Shown here piece by piece: positions 12,023 to 24,277 of a stretch of 64,000 nucleotides of DNA. Source of the stretch: Pristiophorus japonicus (taxonomy: Eukaryota). Where the stretch lies: NCBI RefSeq assembly GCF_044704955.1, contig NC_091990.1:7626001-7690000 (forward strand). The letters are read 5' to 3'. The translations under genes were made by a program, and so were the position numbers. Below the pieces are notes generated by a model. It saw only the letters and a list, made by a program, of their open reading frames with translations. It searched no databases and had not been told where the DNA came from. How positions within the stretch are numbered: position 1 is the first letter of the stretch; each line of letters opens with the position of its first letter.

Positions 12023-12499
12023 TCCGAAGACGTGAATTCAAATCCCACCATGGCAGCTGGGGAATTTAAATTCAGTTAGTTAAATAAATCTGGAATAAAA
12101 AGCTAGTATCCGTAATGGTGACCGGTTTGTCGTTAAAAACCCATCTGGTGCATTAATGTCCTTTTGGGAAGGAATCCTGCCGTCCTTACCCGGTCTGGCC
12201 TATACATGACACAGCAATTTATTTATCTTAACTGCTCACCACCACCTTTTCAAGGGCAATTGGGGCTGGGCAATAAATGTTTTGAAAAGTAATGGAAAAG
12301 GATAAAAATAGATCAGGAGTTAAAGTTTTCGATTGGTGAAAGACCAATTTTACTAAACTGAGATCTGATTTAGCAAAAGTGGAGGGGAAACAGCGACTTG
12401 AAGATAAAAAAAAGAAAAGAAAGACAATCATTTATATAGCGCCTTTCACGACCACCGGACATCCCAAAGCACTTTACAACCATTGAAGATTAGTCTTAT

Positions 12500-13185
12500 A
12501 TTATTCCCAACTCTGTGAACTTTTATCTTGTGCAGTAACCTTTTATGTGGCATCTTATCGAATGCCTTCTGGAAATCCAAATACACCACATCCACTGGTT
12601 CCCCCTTATCCACCCTGCTGTTACATCCTCAAAGAACTCCAGCAAATTTGTCAAACATGATTTTGCTCTCATAAGACCATGCTGACTCTGCTTGATTGAA
12701 TTATGCTTTTTCAAATGTCCCGCTACTACTTCCTTAATAATGGACTCCAGCATTTTCCCAACAACAGATGTTAGGCTAACTGGTCTATAGTTTCCTGCTT
12801 TTTTGTCTGCCTCCTTTTTTAAATAGAGGTGTTACATTTGCGGTTTTCCAATCCGCTGGGACCGCCCCAGAATCCAGGGAATTTTGGTAGATTTTGCAAC
12901 CAATGCATCCACTATCTCTGCAGCCACTTCTTTTAAGACCCTAGAATGCAAGCCATCTGGTCCAGGGGACTTGTCCGTCTTTGGTCCCATTATTTTACCA
13001 AGTACTACTTCATTAGTGATTGTATTAAGTTCCTCCCTCCCTATAACCCCTTGATTATCCACTATTGGGATGTTTTAGTGTCTTCTACCGTGAAGACCGA
13101 TACAAAATATTTATTCAACGTCTCTGCCATTTCCCTGTTCCCCATTATTAATTCTCCAGTCTCATCCTCTAAGGGACCAACATTT
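12500..13185 (-). mobile_element. CR1 ORF2 fragment
   Basis: Encodes DKSPGPDGLH and SQHG...KSCLTNLLEFFEDVT. Confidence 0.85.
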
Positions 13186-13204
13186 AGTTTATGCACTGTC
13201 CCTG

Positions 13205-13555
13205 CCCAGGGTGGGACAGGTTTGCCGCACGCTCTTTCCACTGCCTGTGCTTGATTTCTGCATGCTCTCGGCGATGAGACTCAAGGTGCTCAGTGCCCTC
13301 CTGGATGCACTTCCTCCACTTAGGGCAGTCTTTGGCCAGGGACTCCCAGGTGCCGGTGGGGATGTTGCACTTTTTCAGGGAGGCTTTGAGGGTGTCCTTG
13401 AAACATTTCTACTGCCCACCTTTGGCTCGTTTGCCATGAAGGAGTTCCGAGTAGAGCGCTTGCTTTGAGAGTCTTGTGTCTGGCATGCAGACAATGTGGC
13501 CTGCCCAGCGAAGCTGATCAAGTGTGGTCAGTGCTTCAATGCTGGGGATGTTGGG
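13205..13555 (-). mobile_element. RTE-clade LINE fragment
   Basis: Paralogous to 15830-16160 (WAGHIV.MPDTRLPKQ region). Confidence 0.75.
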
Positions 13556-13769
13556 GTGAGGTATGGGAGGGCTGGTGACACTGGTGGAATGGTACTCCAG
13601 TAAGGAGTCGATGCTTCCAGGAGCGGAGGAGAAGAAAGTAGAAAACTGGCAGATAGTTATTGGTCAAACATCATTCCTTTCCCACCCCTCTTAAAATGTC
13701 ACAGTAAATAATCAGGCCTGCACACCTCCAAAACGTAGTGAGAACATTTTATCAGTGTTTAAAGACATC

Positions 13770-14366
13770 TAGCTACAGTTATACGGGGTATTGGTGAGGC
13801 CACACCTGGAATACTGCATGCAGTTTGGGTTTCCATATTTACAAAAGGATATACTTGCTTTGGAGGCAGTTCAGAGAAGGTTCACTCGGTTGATTCTGAG
13901 GGTGAGGGGGTTGACTTATGAGGAAAGGTTGAGTAGTTGGGCCTCTACTCATTGGAATTCAGAAGAATGAGAGGTGATCTTATCGAAACGTATAAGATTA
14001 TGAGGGGTCTCGACAAGGTGGATGCAGAGAGGATGTTTCCACTGATCGGGGAGACTAGAACTAGAGGGCATGATCTTAGAATAAGGGGCCGTCCATTTGA
14101 AACTGAGGTGAGGAGAAATTTCTTCTGAGAGGGTTGTGAATCTGTGGAAGTCGCTGCCTCAGAGAGCTGTGGAAGCTGCGACATTGAATAAATTTAAGAC
14201 AGAAATAGACAGTTTCTTAAATGATAAGGGGATAAGGGGTTATGGGGAGCGGGCGGGGAAGTGGAGCTGAGTCCATGATCAGATCAGCCATGATCTTATT
14301 AAATAGCAGAGCAGGCTCGAGGGGCCGTATGGCCTACTCCTGCTCCTATTTCTTATGTTCTTATGT
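13770..14366 (+). mobile_element. CR1 3' fragment with (TTCTTATG)n tail
   Basis: Encodes GLYSLEFRRMRGDLIETYKI and ends TTTCTTATGTTCTTATGT. Confidence 0.9.
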
Positions 14367-15169
14367 TTTAGGCAGGAAACCCTGCAGATCAGTGGGATCC
14401 AGAGAGTGAGGTAATTCCAGAAACAAACCAAGAAATCTTATCAATGAAGCCAGCACGTGAGAGGAATATAAGATTCTCGTGACCTTGTGCTGAAGATAAA
14501 TTGTTACATTTTTACATGTTGCAAGAATGTGTGGGAAGGAAAGCGTGCAAAGCAGTCAGATATTATTCCGATGGGTATTGTTTTCCCCGTTTTGAAGGAT
14601 TGACTCTCTTACTGGGGTTTTGTTCCAGAAATGCTACTCGCCCAGCTCGTGGCCCTTTCCCCATGTGAGTCTTGACAGTGTGTGTTTTCAGGGCAGTCAC
14701 GGAATGTGGGCATCACTGCCACCCTCATTACCCTCGAGAAGGTGGTGGTGAGGCGTCTCCTTGACAACTGAGTGACTTGCTGGGCCATTTCAGAGGCCAG
14801 TCACCGGCAATAATGTCCGACCCTGAAGGACATTAGTGAATCAGATGGGTTTTTATGACAATCCGGTAGTTACATGATCACCATTACTGATAGGGATGTG
14901 GTTGTGGGCTACAGTGGGAAGGCCAGAATTTATTGGCCATCCCTAGTTGCCCCGAGAAGGTGCTGGAGGGCCCTCTGCTTGAACCGCTGCAGTCCGTGTG
15001 GTGAAGTTGCTCCCACAGTGGCGTTTGGTGGGGAACTCTAGGACTTTGACTCAGCAACACTGAAGTAATAGCAATATACATCTACATCAGGATAGTGTTT
15101 ACCTGGGAGGTGATGGTGCTCCTGAACTGAGCTTCAATTGGACTGTAGCTTTACTGTCTTTTAAGAGCA

Positions 15170-15460
15170 TAAGAGCATAAGAAATAGGCCCCTCGAGCCT
15201 GCTCCACCATTCAATAAGATCATGGCTGATCTAATCATGGACTCGGCTCCACTTCCCTGCCCGCTCCCCATAACCCTTTATTCCCTTATTGCTCAAAAAT
15301 CTGTCTATCTCCACCTTAAATATATTCAATGACCCAGCCTCCACAGCTCTCTGGGGCAGAGAATTCCACAGATTTACGACCCTCTGAGAGAAGAAATTCC
15401 TCCTCGTCTCAATTTTAAATGGGCGGCCCCTTATTCTGAGACTATGTGCCCTAGTTTTAG
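15170..15460 (-). mobile_element. CR1 3' end
   Basis: Reverse complement of the CR1 3' segment seen at 14085-14366. Confidence 0.85.
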
Positions 15461-15696
15461 TTTTTGGATGAGATGTTAAACTAAGGCTCTGTCTCTGTCA
15501 AGGGGGTTGTAAAAAAAGATCATGGCACTATCCAAAAGAGCTGGAAATTCTTCCAGTAACCTGTTCAATATTCTTCCCTCAACCAACACCGCCAGAAACA
15601 AGCTGCACTGTTCATTTATCCCGGTGTGTAAGTTCACAGCCGGTGTTGTGTGCACCAAGGGACCGCACAACCATTTCCTGGATCCCTACACGGTGT

Positions 15697-16236
15697 CATC
15701 ATCATCATCATGGGCAGTCCCTCGGAATCGAGGAAGACTTATTTAGGTGGCTGAACAGTCCAATACGAGAACCACAGTCCCTATCACAGGTGGTACAGAT
15801 AGTTGTTGAGGGAAGGGGTGGGTGGGACAGGTTTGCCGCACGCTCTTTCCGCTGCCTGCGCTTGGTTTCTGCATGCTCTCGGCGATGAGACTCAAGGTGC
15901 TCAGCGCCCTCCCGGATGCACTTCCTCCACTTAGGGCGGTCTTTGGCCAGGGCCTCTCAGGTGTCAGTGGGGATATCGCACTTTATCAGGGAGGCTTTGA
16001 GGGTGTCCTTGTCATGTTTCCTCTGCCCACCTTTGGCTCGTTTGCCGTGAAGGAGTTTCGAGTAGAGCGCTTGCTTTGGGAGCCTCGTGTCTGGCATGCA
16101 GACAATGTGGCCTGCCCAGTGGAGCTGATCAAGTGTGGTCAGTGCTTCGATGCTGGGGATGTTGGCCTGGTCGAGGACGCTAACGTTGGTGCGTCTGTCC
16201 TCCCAGGGGATTTGTAGGATCTTGCGGAGACATTGC
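15697..16236 (-). mobile_element. RTE-clade LINE 3' fragment with (GAT)n tail
   Basis: Encodes CLRKILQIPWEDRRTN...LHWAGHIVCMPDTRLPKQALY, with (ATC)n on + at about 15697-15711. Confidence 0.85.
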
Positions 16237-16659
16237 ATTTTCAAGGTTAGCAGTTATACGTCCAAACCGCACTCGAGAGACCTCAGAATATCAGCAATGC
16301 CATGGGAGATCCACCAGGAACACAAATAAATTCCCTGCCTAAGAGCCAATGATTGGCTGACTTGGCAATGGAGCTGTGTTCCATTAAAACAGTTCATAAA
16401 TAATATTTCTCACATTACAACAGTGACTACACTCCAAAAATACTTCATTGGCTGCAAAGCGCTTTGAGACATCCAGTGGTCATGAAAGGTGTTATATGAA
16501 TGCAAGTCTTTCCTTCCAGTTAAAGCCAGACTTGGCCTTCAGCCACTTCCTGGCCCGACCACTTGATGGCGATCTACACAGTAAAATAAATACCTAAAAT
16601 CAGTCTTCGCAAACATGTCGCCGGTCAAACCAACAGTTTTAGATTAACTCGTTTTAGAT

Positions 16660-17380
16660 AATGGGGTCTGTACGAAGTTTCTACGGACCTGGGAAGGCAT
16701 CGGAAAAGCCGGTTTTCAGCGCACAATGCGCATGCGCAGAAAACCGGCTTTTCCGATCTGTCACGCTCCAACGCACAGCGGGAGCGAGGACATTTGCACG
16801 GGCAAGATTGCGGGATTTACCCAAATCTTGCACAGCAAATGTCCTCAAAAATCTTGCGCCCGAAAAAGCAGGCGCATAGCCGATTGTTACAGGCGCAAGA
16901 GTTTAAAAACCTAGAAAAAACATGATTATAATAAAAATTTTAAAAACATATTTATGTTAAAACCCCGCCCACTCAGGTAATGTTATTTTAAACCCTAATC
17001 CTAACTTTTTTTTTAAAATCGACAATTTTTTTTCTTGAAAAACATGTACAGTATAACAACTTTAATTTCTATTAGTGCATTGTGTGAGGTGTTTTTTTAA
17101 TGTTTTATGTGTTTTGGGGTTGTTCTCATTCATTGCAATAGGAGCTTTGTAACTTACAAAACTCCCATTACAATGAATGAGAAAATACTTACCTGTGATT
17201 GGGTGCCCAGGTCCACGTGACTCCTGCGCACGTCCCTACGAGCACACGCTGTGATGCGCTGGGAGAGGAGGCCTGTGGACCGGGATCTCGAGCGGACACA
17301 GCAGCTTCAGGTCAGTGCGCATTTTATGTTTCTTATTTAGTGCTTTGCCCGTGAGAAGTCCTTGAGAGGAATATCTGTCT
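16660..17380. mobile_element. Palindrome-rich element, probable non-autonomous DNA transposon
   Basis: Four internal inverted repeats (see findings). Termini not resolved. Confidence 0.45.
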
Positions 17381-18094
17381 CACAGTTTGAAAAGAAGCAC
17401 ATTTGGGACTTGAGTATAGCTTGCACAGATTTGCAGTTTGCCAAGTTGTGCAATGCATTTTTCAATTATTAATTTGTGATATAATTTAAAAAACACTCCA
17501 AGTTATGTAATCCATAATGAAATAATTTCATTGTGATTACATATTCTATACAACTATTTATTTACTACAGCAATTTTAGTATCAGCTGAATGAAATTGCA
17601 AACTATCTAATTTTACATTCACCACACGGACTGCAGCGGTTCAAGGCGGCGGCTCACCACCACATTCTCAAGGGGCAATTAGGGATGGGCAATAAATGCC
17701 GGCCTTGCCAGCGACGCCCACATCCCAGGAATGAATAATATAAAAAGATAATCATTTGGGGGTGGGGTTGCATAATTTTCTTTCTCCTCTCCTGAAGATG
17801 CTGACTCATGCTGGTTTCATTTCCACTCAGATATGAGAACTCTGGCGGGTTGTTTTCATCCCTAGATCAGGATCCTGAGGTCAATAATTGTTAAAGTTAA
17901 AAATACACTAATTCTGGACATCCGGCGGGGGGGGGGGGGGGGGGGGCGGGGAATGAAAATGCAGGAAATACACAGTGCACCAGTCAGCATCTAAGAACCA
18001 AAGCGAGATTTACATTTAGGCGGAACCCTTCATCAGAAGATATTATTGGTTTTTTGTTTTTCTGGAAATTTTAGTTCAGCTAGACGTTCCTCCT

Positions 18095-19020
18095 TTCCCT
18101 GGGTTCCTGGAGACGGAGCAAGCGGGGTCGTTGGCGATGGAGCTCGTGGTGTCCCTGGAGATGGAGCGCGCGGTGTGTCTGGGGACGGAGCGCAGTGCGT
18201 CTGGGGACGGAGCGCGGTGTGTCTCCGCGGTGGGTCGGGGGACGGAGCGCGGGGTCTGGGGACGGAGCGCGATGCCCCTGGGGACGGAGCGCAGTGTGTC
18301 TCCGCGGTGGGTCGGGGGACGGAGCGTGGAGTCTGGGGACGGAGCACGGGGCCTGGGGACGGAGGGCGGGGTCGGGGGACGGAGGCGGGGTCTGGGGACG
18401 GAGCGCAGGGCCTGGGGACGGAGGGCGGGGTCGGGGGACGGAGGCGGGGTCTGGGGACGGAGGGCGGGGTCGGGGGACGGAGGCGGGGTCTGGGGACGGA
18501 GCGCGGTGTCGGGGTCCGGAGGCGGTGTGTCTGGGGACGGAGGCGAGGTCTGGGGACGGAGCGCGGAGTCTGGGGACGGAGGCGGGGTCTGGGGACGGAG
18601 CGCGGGGTCTGGGGATGGAGCGTGGTGCCCCTGGGGACGGAGCGCGGTGTCGGGGTCCGGAGGCGGTGTGTCTGGGGACGGAGGCGGGGTCTGGGGACGG
18701 AGGCGGAGTCTGGGGACGGAGGCGGTGTGTCTAGGGACGGAGGCGGGGCGTGGGGACGGAGGCGGGTTCTGGGGACGGAGGCGGGGCCTGGGGACGGAGC
18801 GCGGGGTCTGGGAACGGAGGCGGGGCCTAGTGACGGAGGCGGGATCTGGGGACGGAGGCGGGGCCTGGGGACGGAGGTGGTGTGTCTCCGCGGTGTGTCT
18901 AGGGACGGAGGTGGGGTCGGGGGACGGAGGCGGTGTGTCTCCGCGGTGGGGCGGGGGTCCGGAGCGCTCCGGACCGGAGAGCATCATCACCCCTGGCAAC
19001 CAGATGTTAATTTGATTTGT
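18095..19020 (+). repeat. GC-rich minisatellite (about 20-24 nt units, GGGGACGGAG core) derived from a Tx1 ORF2 3' end
   Basis: Starts with GTGTCCCTGGAGATGGAGCGCGCGGTGT and ends with CATCATCACCCCTGGCAACCAGATGTTAATTTGA, both Tx1 sequence. Confidence 0.85.
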
Positions 19021-19169
19021 GCAGGTTCCCGCAATGATTATTTGACACGGTGCGGTGTTTATCTGCTGTCGCTAGAGGCCGGCGCGGGGAGTGAGCAGCA
19101 GCCGCTACCCCGCCAGCCTCCCTCCCGCGGCCGTGCTCACTGTCTGCCTGCAGTGTCGGGCCGCGCCGC

Positions 19170-19470
19170 CAGGGGGCGGGCTCAGCCATTGGTCGGCGTG
19201 CCGCTGCCTGATTGGCCGGCGGCGGTCAGCTGGTGCGGAGGCGGGAAGGCGGGGTTGACGTGTCAGTGAGCGGGGCCGTCAGATGACGTGCTGCGCGGCC
19301 GCGCGGGGCGGGGCCTGGTGGTCAGGTGGTGCGGGGGGGGGGGGGGCGAGGCCGCGCGGTGACGTACTTTGGGGGCGGGGCTAGTGGTCAGGTGTTACGG
19401 GGGCGGGGCCGCGCGGTGACGTAGTGTGCGGGGCGGGGCCTGGTGGTCAGGTGGTGCGGAATCGGGGCCG
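19170..19470 (+). promoter_or_regulatory. ATP5IF1 CpG-rich promoter with CCAAT, GC boxes and CRE-like sites
   Basis: ATTGG at about 19188 and 19211, TGACGT at 19256, 19284, 19360 and 19417, several GGGGCGGGG. Confidence 0.65.
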
Positions 19471-19525
19471 GGTCAGGGGTCAATCGGGCCCGCACGCAGT
19501 CAGGAACAGACAGACCGACGGAGAG

Positions 19526-19597
19526 ATGTTGCGCTCGCTGCTCCGCGCTCACAGTCTGGCGGCCCGTCTGGTGCGGGGCCTCTCAGACAGCGGCCAG
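19526..19597 (+). CDS. ATP5IF1: Mitochondrial ATPase inhibitor IF1, exon 1 (transit peptide)
   Basis: MLRSLLRAHSLAARLVRGLSDSGQ, an Arg/Leu/Ser-rich presequence. Donor CAG|GTGGGC, phase 0. Confidence 0.85.
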
Positions 19598-19699
19598 GTG
19601 GGCCCGGGGATAGTGCGGGGCGGGGCGGGGCGGGGACAGGCTCCGGGCCCGCAGGCTGGGCGGACAACCCGCCTCAAGGACGCGGTAACCCGGGGCCGC

Positions 19700-20170
19700 T
19701 GCTGGGGCCGGGCGGGGCCTGAGTCCAGGGCGGGGCTCTGGGTGGGTGTGTCCTGGGGTGGGCGGGGCTCTGGATGGGTGTGTCCTGGGGTGGGTGGGGC
19801 CTGTGTTCAGGGCGGGGCTCGTGTGCAGGTCTCTGGGTGGGTGTGTCCTGGGGTGGGCGGGGCCTGTGTCCAGGGCGGGGCTCTGGGTGGGTGTGTCCTG
19901 GGCGGGGCTCTGGGTGGGTGTGTCCTGGGGTGGGCGGGGCCTGTGTCCAGGGCGGGGCTCTGGGTGGGTGTCCTGGGGTGGGTGGGGCCTGTATCCAGGG
20001 CGGGGCTCTGGGTGGGTGTGTCCTGGGGTGGGCGGGGCCTGTGTCCAGGGCGGGGCTCAGGTGGGTGGGGCCTGTGTTCAGGGCGGGGCTCGTGTGCGGG
20101 TCTGGGTGGGTGTGTCCTGGGTGGGCGGGGCCTGTCTAGGAGGTGGAGCCTCGGGTGGGTGGGGCCTGTG
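19700..20170 (+). repeat. G-rich about 50-nt minisatellite in ATP5IF1 intron 1
   Basis: GGGGCCTGTGTCCAGGGCGGGGCTCTGGGTGGGTGTGTCCTGGGGTGGGC repeated. Confidence 0.9.
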
Positions 20171-20851
20171 TCGCTGCCCCTCCCCTCCCCCCAGGTGTGG
20201 GGGGCTGAGCCTCTGCCCAGGGTCAGTGCCCGATGCCCCGCTGGGGACACTGGGCCAGAGTCCGGCTCGGGCAGCATCCGCACGCGTTCCGCCTGTGAGA
20301 CTGACCACGACTTAATGCAGAAATCCTCGTTTCAGTCAGCCGTGTTTACATTTGCTGCTGGGCAGTGGAAAGTGAACCGAGAGGTGGCAACCCCCCATTT
20401 CACATCGGTTTGTTTCCCACGTGATGCAGGCAATCGAGCTGGGTACATGTTCGGTAACGACTGGCGCATTGTTTCAGCCGATGGATTAGAGGAGAGCCTT
20501 TTAATTGTTCCTGGGATGTGGGTGTTGCTGGCAAGGCTGGCATTTATTGCCCATTCCCTAATCGCCTTTGAGAAGGTGGTGGTGAGCTGCTGCCTTGAAT
20601 ATAACTGAGCTAGGCCATTTCAGAGACCAGGTAATAGTCAACCACATGTCCTGGAGTCACCCTGACCTCTAACTTCCACATAAGAAGGTGGAATGCGGTC
20701 ACAATGCTGCTGAGATGTCGTACTGTTTCAATTTGCACGCATGGGCGGTATAATTTTGTTCAAAGGGCAGCAGAAGATTTTCAAAGTAACATGGATAATG
20801 CTGTCTCTGTATTTCTAGCACTAAAGGCTATGCAATACTGTTTTCTTTCAG

Positions 20852-20964
20852 CTGGGAGAGCTGGGCAAGGGAGCCGGCAAGGGCGGTGGTGGCGGAGGAT
20901 CGATTAGAGAAGCTGGAGGAGCATTTGGTGCAAGACAAGCTGCATTGGAGGAGAAATACTTCAG
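20852..20964 (+). CDS. ATP5IF1: ATP5IF1 exon 2
   Basis: tttcAG|...AG|GTAAC, encodes [37 protein letters not shown] with the IF1 signature [11 protein letters not shown]. Confidence 0.95.
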
Positions 20965-21677
20965 GTAACTTTCTACTATCTGAAATCTGTAGTTGATTGA
21001 CTACAGTCTGTCCCGTTTCTCCTCTCCCCCCCGGATAGCCTGAACTAATGTAAATAACCCAGCAAAGTGGGAATTTTGTGCTTTTAAAAAAAAATCTAAT
21101 CTAGTTATTTGACTTGAGGAACTCTGGAGCTGAGAGGAGCAGACTCTGCAGTTTGTTCAGCTCTGTTAATGGCTTCAAATTTGCTGATTCTCGTCAGTGA
21201 GAGTGATTAACTTTGCTTTGTATTAACGTTCCACGTTGACGGCCCACAGTCAATGATTGCATTCTTGAACTTGCACTTCTTATCCTGATGCCTTGGCACG
21301 AGACTGATGCAGGCTTTCAGTGACATTCAAGATAAGAGCAGATGAATGCTTTCATACAGTGGATTTCCTCGCTCCCCCTTGATCTTTAACATTGTTTCAA
21401 ACATCTATCTCATTCCTCTTCAAGAATTTACGGATTTTTTTCCCAACATTTTGTGGCATAGATTTCGACATTTCAACAACCCACAATTTCTTTCTTAAAT
21501 GTTTTGCAATTATTGTTGTTTGAGAAATCCTCCTGTTCCTCATCTACACGCTTTTCGAGAACATGATTTAAACCAATTCTGCCTGCGTTATTCTGTCTTC
21601 TTAGGCTTTTACGTTACTTTTATTTCTATCAATACAATACCTCCTGGGCAATTCAATGTAGTTGTATTTTGTTGCAG

Positions 21678-21831
21678 GGAAAAGGAAAGGGATCAGATTG
21701 CGAAACTGAAGCAGCACCATCAAGAGGAGATTCATCACCATGAAGAGGAAATCCAGCGTTTACAGGATGCGGTCAGACGCCACAAGAGCCAGATCAAGAA
21801 GCTGAGGAAACAAGATGACGATGATGACTAG
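21678..21831 (+). CDS. ATP5IF1: ATP5IF1 exon 3
   Basis: tgcAG|, His-rich coiled coil EKERDQIAKLKQHHQEEIHHHEEEIQRLQDAVRRHK...DDDDD*. Spliced product is 112 aa. AATAAA at 21879 and 21931. Confidence 0.95.
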
Positions 21832-22344
21832 GATTTCTTGTGTCCTGACGAGGCTTTACGTATCTCAATCTTGGAGTTAATAAATGCGCTTTATCTGTAA
21901 TCATATGTGGATGTACATTGTGCATTATCAAATAAAGATGCATGTTAAATTTACTATCTTAATACTTAGTCTTATTTATTGCTGTAGACTTTCCATACAC
22001 CCTCAATACCGTGCATCAAATATTGCTGGTTTATCTTAACTTTGTGTATCACTGGCTGATGGAGTCTTAATCTCTACAAGCTATGCATTGTCTCTGCAGG
22101 TTATGACATACAAGATATTTATCATTAAAATGTTTGTATTTTATAGATGACGTGACCCAGCCAGGATTTGCTCATGGTAACCAATGTTCCCTCTATTCAA
22201 TCCTGGGATGTGTGCATCGCTGGCATTTATTGCCCATCCCTAACTGCCCTTGAGAAGATGGTGGTGAGCCGCCGCCTTGAACCGCTGCAGTCCGTGTGGT
22301 GAAGGTGCTCCCACAGTGCTGTTAGGGAGGGAGTTCCAGGATTT

Positions 22345-23420
22345 TGGGTTCCAAAATTGGCTCAGAGGCAGGAAGCAAAGGGTAATGGTTGATGGGTGTT
22401 TTTGTGACTGGAAGGATGTTTCCAGTGGGGTTCTGCAGGGCTTAGTACTGGGTCCCTTGCTTTTTGTGGTATACATCAATGATCTAGACTTGAATATAGG
22501 GGGTACGATTAAGAAGTTTGCAGATGATACAAAAATTGGCTGTGTGGTTGATAATGAAGAAGAAAGCTGCGGGCTGCAGGAAGATATCAATCGACTGATC
22601 AGGTGGGCAGAACAGTGGCAAATGGAATTCAATTCGGAGAAGTGTGAGGTAATGCATTTGGAAAGGTCTAACAAGGCAAGGGAATACACAATAAAGGGCA
22701 AGACACTGAAGTGTAGAGGAATGAAGGGACCTTGAAGTGCAGGTCCACAGATCCCTGAAGGTAGCAGGCCAGATAGATAAGGTGGTTAAGAAGGCATATG
22801 GAATGCTTGCCTTTATTAGCCGAGGCATAGAATACAAGAGCAGGGGGGTTATGCATGAACTGTATGAAACACTGATTAGCCACAGCTGGAGTACTGCGTG
22901 CAATTCTGATCACCACAATGCAGGAAATATGTGATTGCACTGGAAAGGGTGCAAAGGCGATTTACAAAGGATGTTGCTGGGAGTGGAGAATCTTAGCTAT
23001 GAGGACAGATTGGATCGGTTGGGTTTGTTTTCCTTGGAACAGAGGAGGCTGAAGGGAGACCTCATTGAGGTGTATAAAATTATAAGGGGCCTAGATATAG
23101 TGGATAGAAGGGGTCTATTTTCCTTCACGGAGGGGTCAACAACCAGGGGGCATGAATTTAAAGTAATTGGTAGAAGGTTTTGAGGGGAAATGTTTTCACG
23201 CTGAGGGTGGTGGGGGTCTGGAACTCACTGCCTGAAAGGGTGGTAGAGGCAGAAACCCTCACCATATTTAAAAAGTACTTGGATGTGCACTTAAAGAGCT
23301 GGAACCTACAGGGTTATGGACCTAGAGCTGGAAAGTGGGAATAGGCTGGATAGGCTCTTGTTGGCCGGTGCGGGCATGATGGGCCGAAATGGCCTCCTGT
23401 ACTGTAAACCTCTATGATTT
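22345..23420 (+). mobile_element. CR1 3' fragment (RT with FADD)
   Basis: Encodes SGVLQGLVLGPLLFVVYINDLD...KFADDTK, frameshifted downstream. Confidence 0.9.
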
Positions 23421-23424
23421 TTCC

Positions 23425-24270
23425 CCAACGACAATGAAGGATCGGCTGATTAAGTAGTCTGATATCAGACGTGGGTGTCTGGAACGTCATGTGGCCAGCA
23501 CGTTGCAATTAACTTTCACTATCCTTAAGGCGGATGCCTGTCTTGTAGCTGATGAGAAAACTCTGATTTTGGACAACAGTTGGTGAGGGAATTATCTGGA
23601 GGCTAGGTATCAGCACATGCTCTGACAGCCCAGATTTTCTGCCGACCGCCATTGCGAGACACAGAAGCAAGCAACTGTTGCTGGAGCTCTACGTGTCCAA
23701 TTTATGGTCTGGTTCAAAGGGATAATGGTGCATGTCCACAGTAGGTGGGCTGATGGTGGTAATGTCGCCATCTGAGCAAGGATTCAAACCTGCGTAAGTA
23801 GTAATTGTCCTTTTTGAGGATGAAGATGATCGTGTAGCTGCACAAAGTGAGACCCAGTTGATCCTCTGGTAGACTGACATTTAAGCTGAGTATGTCTGCA
23901 GTACTCGAGGGACGATTGGCGATTGACCAGCTCGTTACCTCACTGGGGCCTGTCACAGCTGAAACTCTTTCAGAGCTGGCAATGTGGTGGTTAAATGTTA
24001 CACACGGGTGTCTCTGAGTACAATTTGACTTCAGGCCTGTCAAATCGATCACTTGACTTGCTAATTGATGATGTATTGCTGAGAAGATCAGCGACCAGGT
24101 CTGTCCCTTACTGCTTTTGATAAGATGCATCACGCAGCGATTGGGGAAGCTGAATTTTCCATCCGACCCATCGAATGTGGACTATGCACCATTGGGATAC
24201 AACCGATGGTTTCTGCCTGGAGCTGGGAAAGTATCAAACCGCCCACACGGACGGTCTCTTCCCCAAAACA
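23425..24270 (-). mobile_element. Old, degenerate RTE-like LINE remnant (tentative)
   Basis: A minus frame gives LQRAGHM...SDIRLLNQ, resembling RTE LRWAGH...DxRLPKQ. Extent uncertain. Confidence 0.35.
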
Positions 24271-24277
24271 CTGAATC

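Noticed and set aside
18033-19269. Long Gly/Arg/Pro-rich ORFs on both strands
   Set aside because: Translations of the GC-rich Tx1-derived minisatellite.
19424-20608. 394-aa ORF
   Set aside because: Read-through of ATP5IF1 exon 1 into the G-rich intron repeat. Only 19526-19597 is coding.
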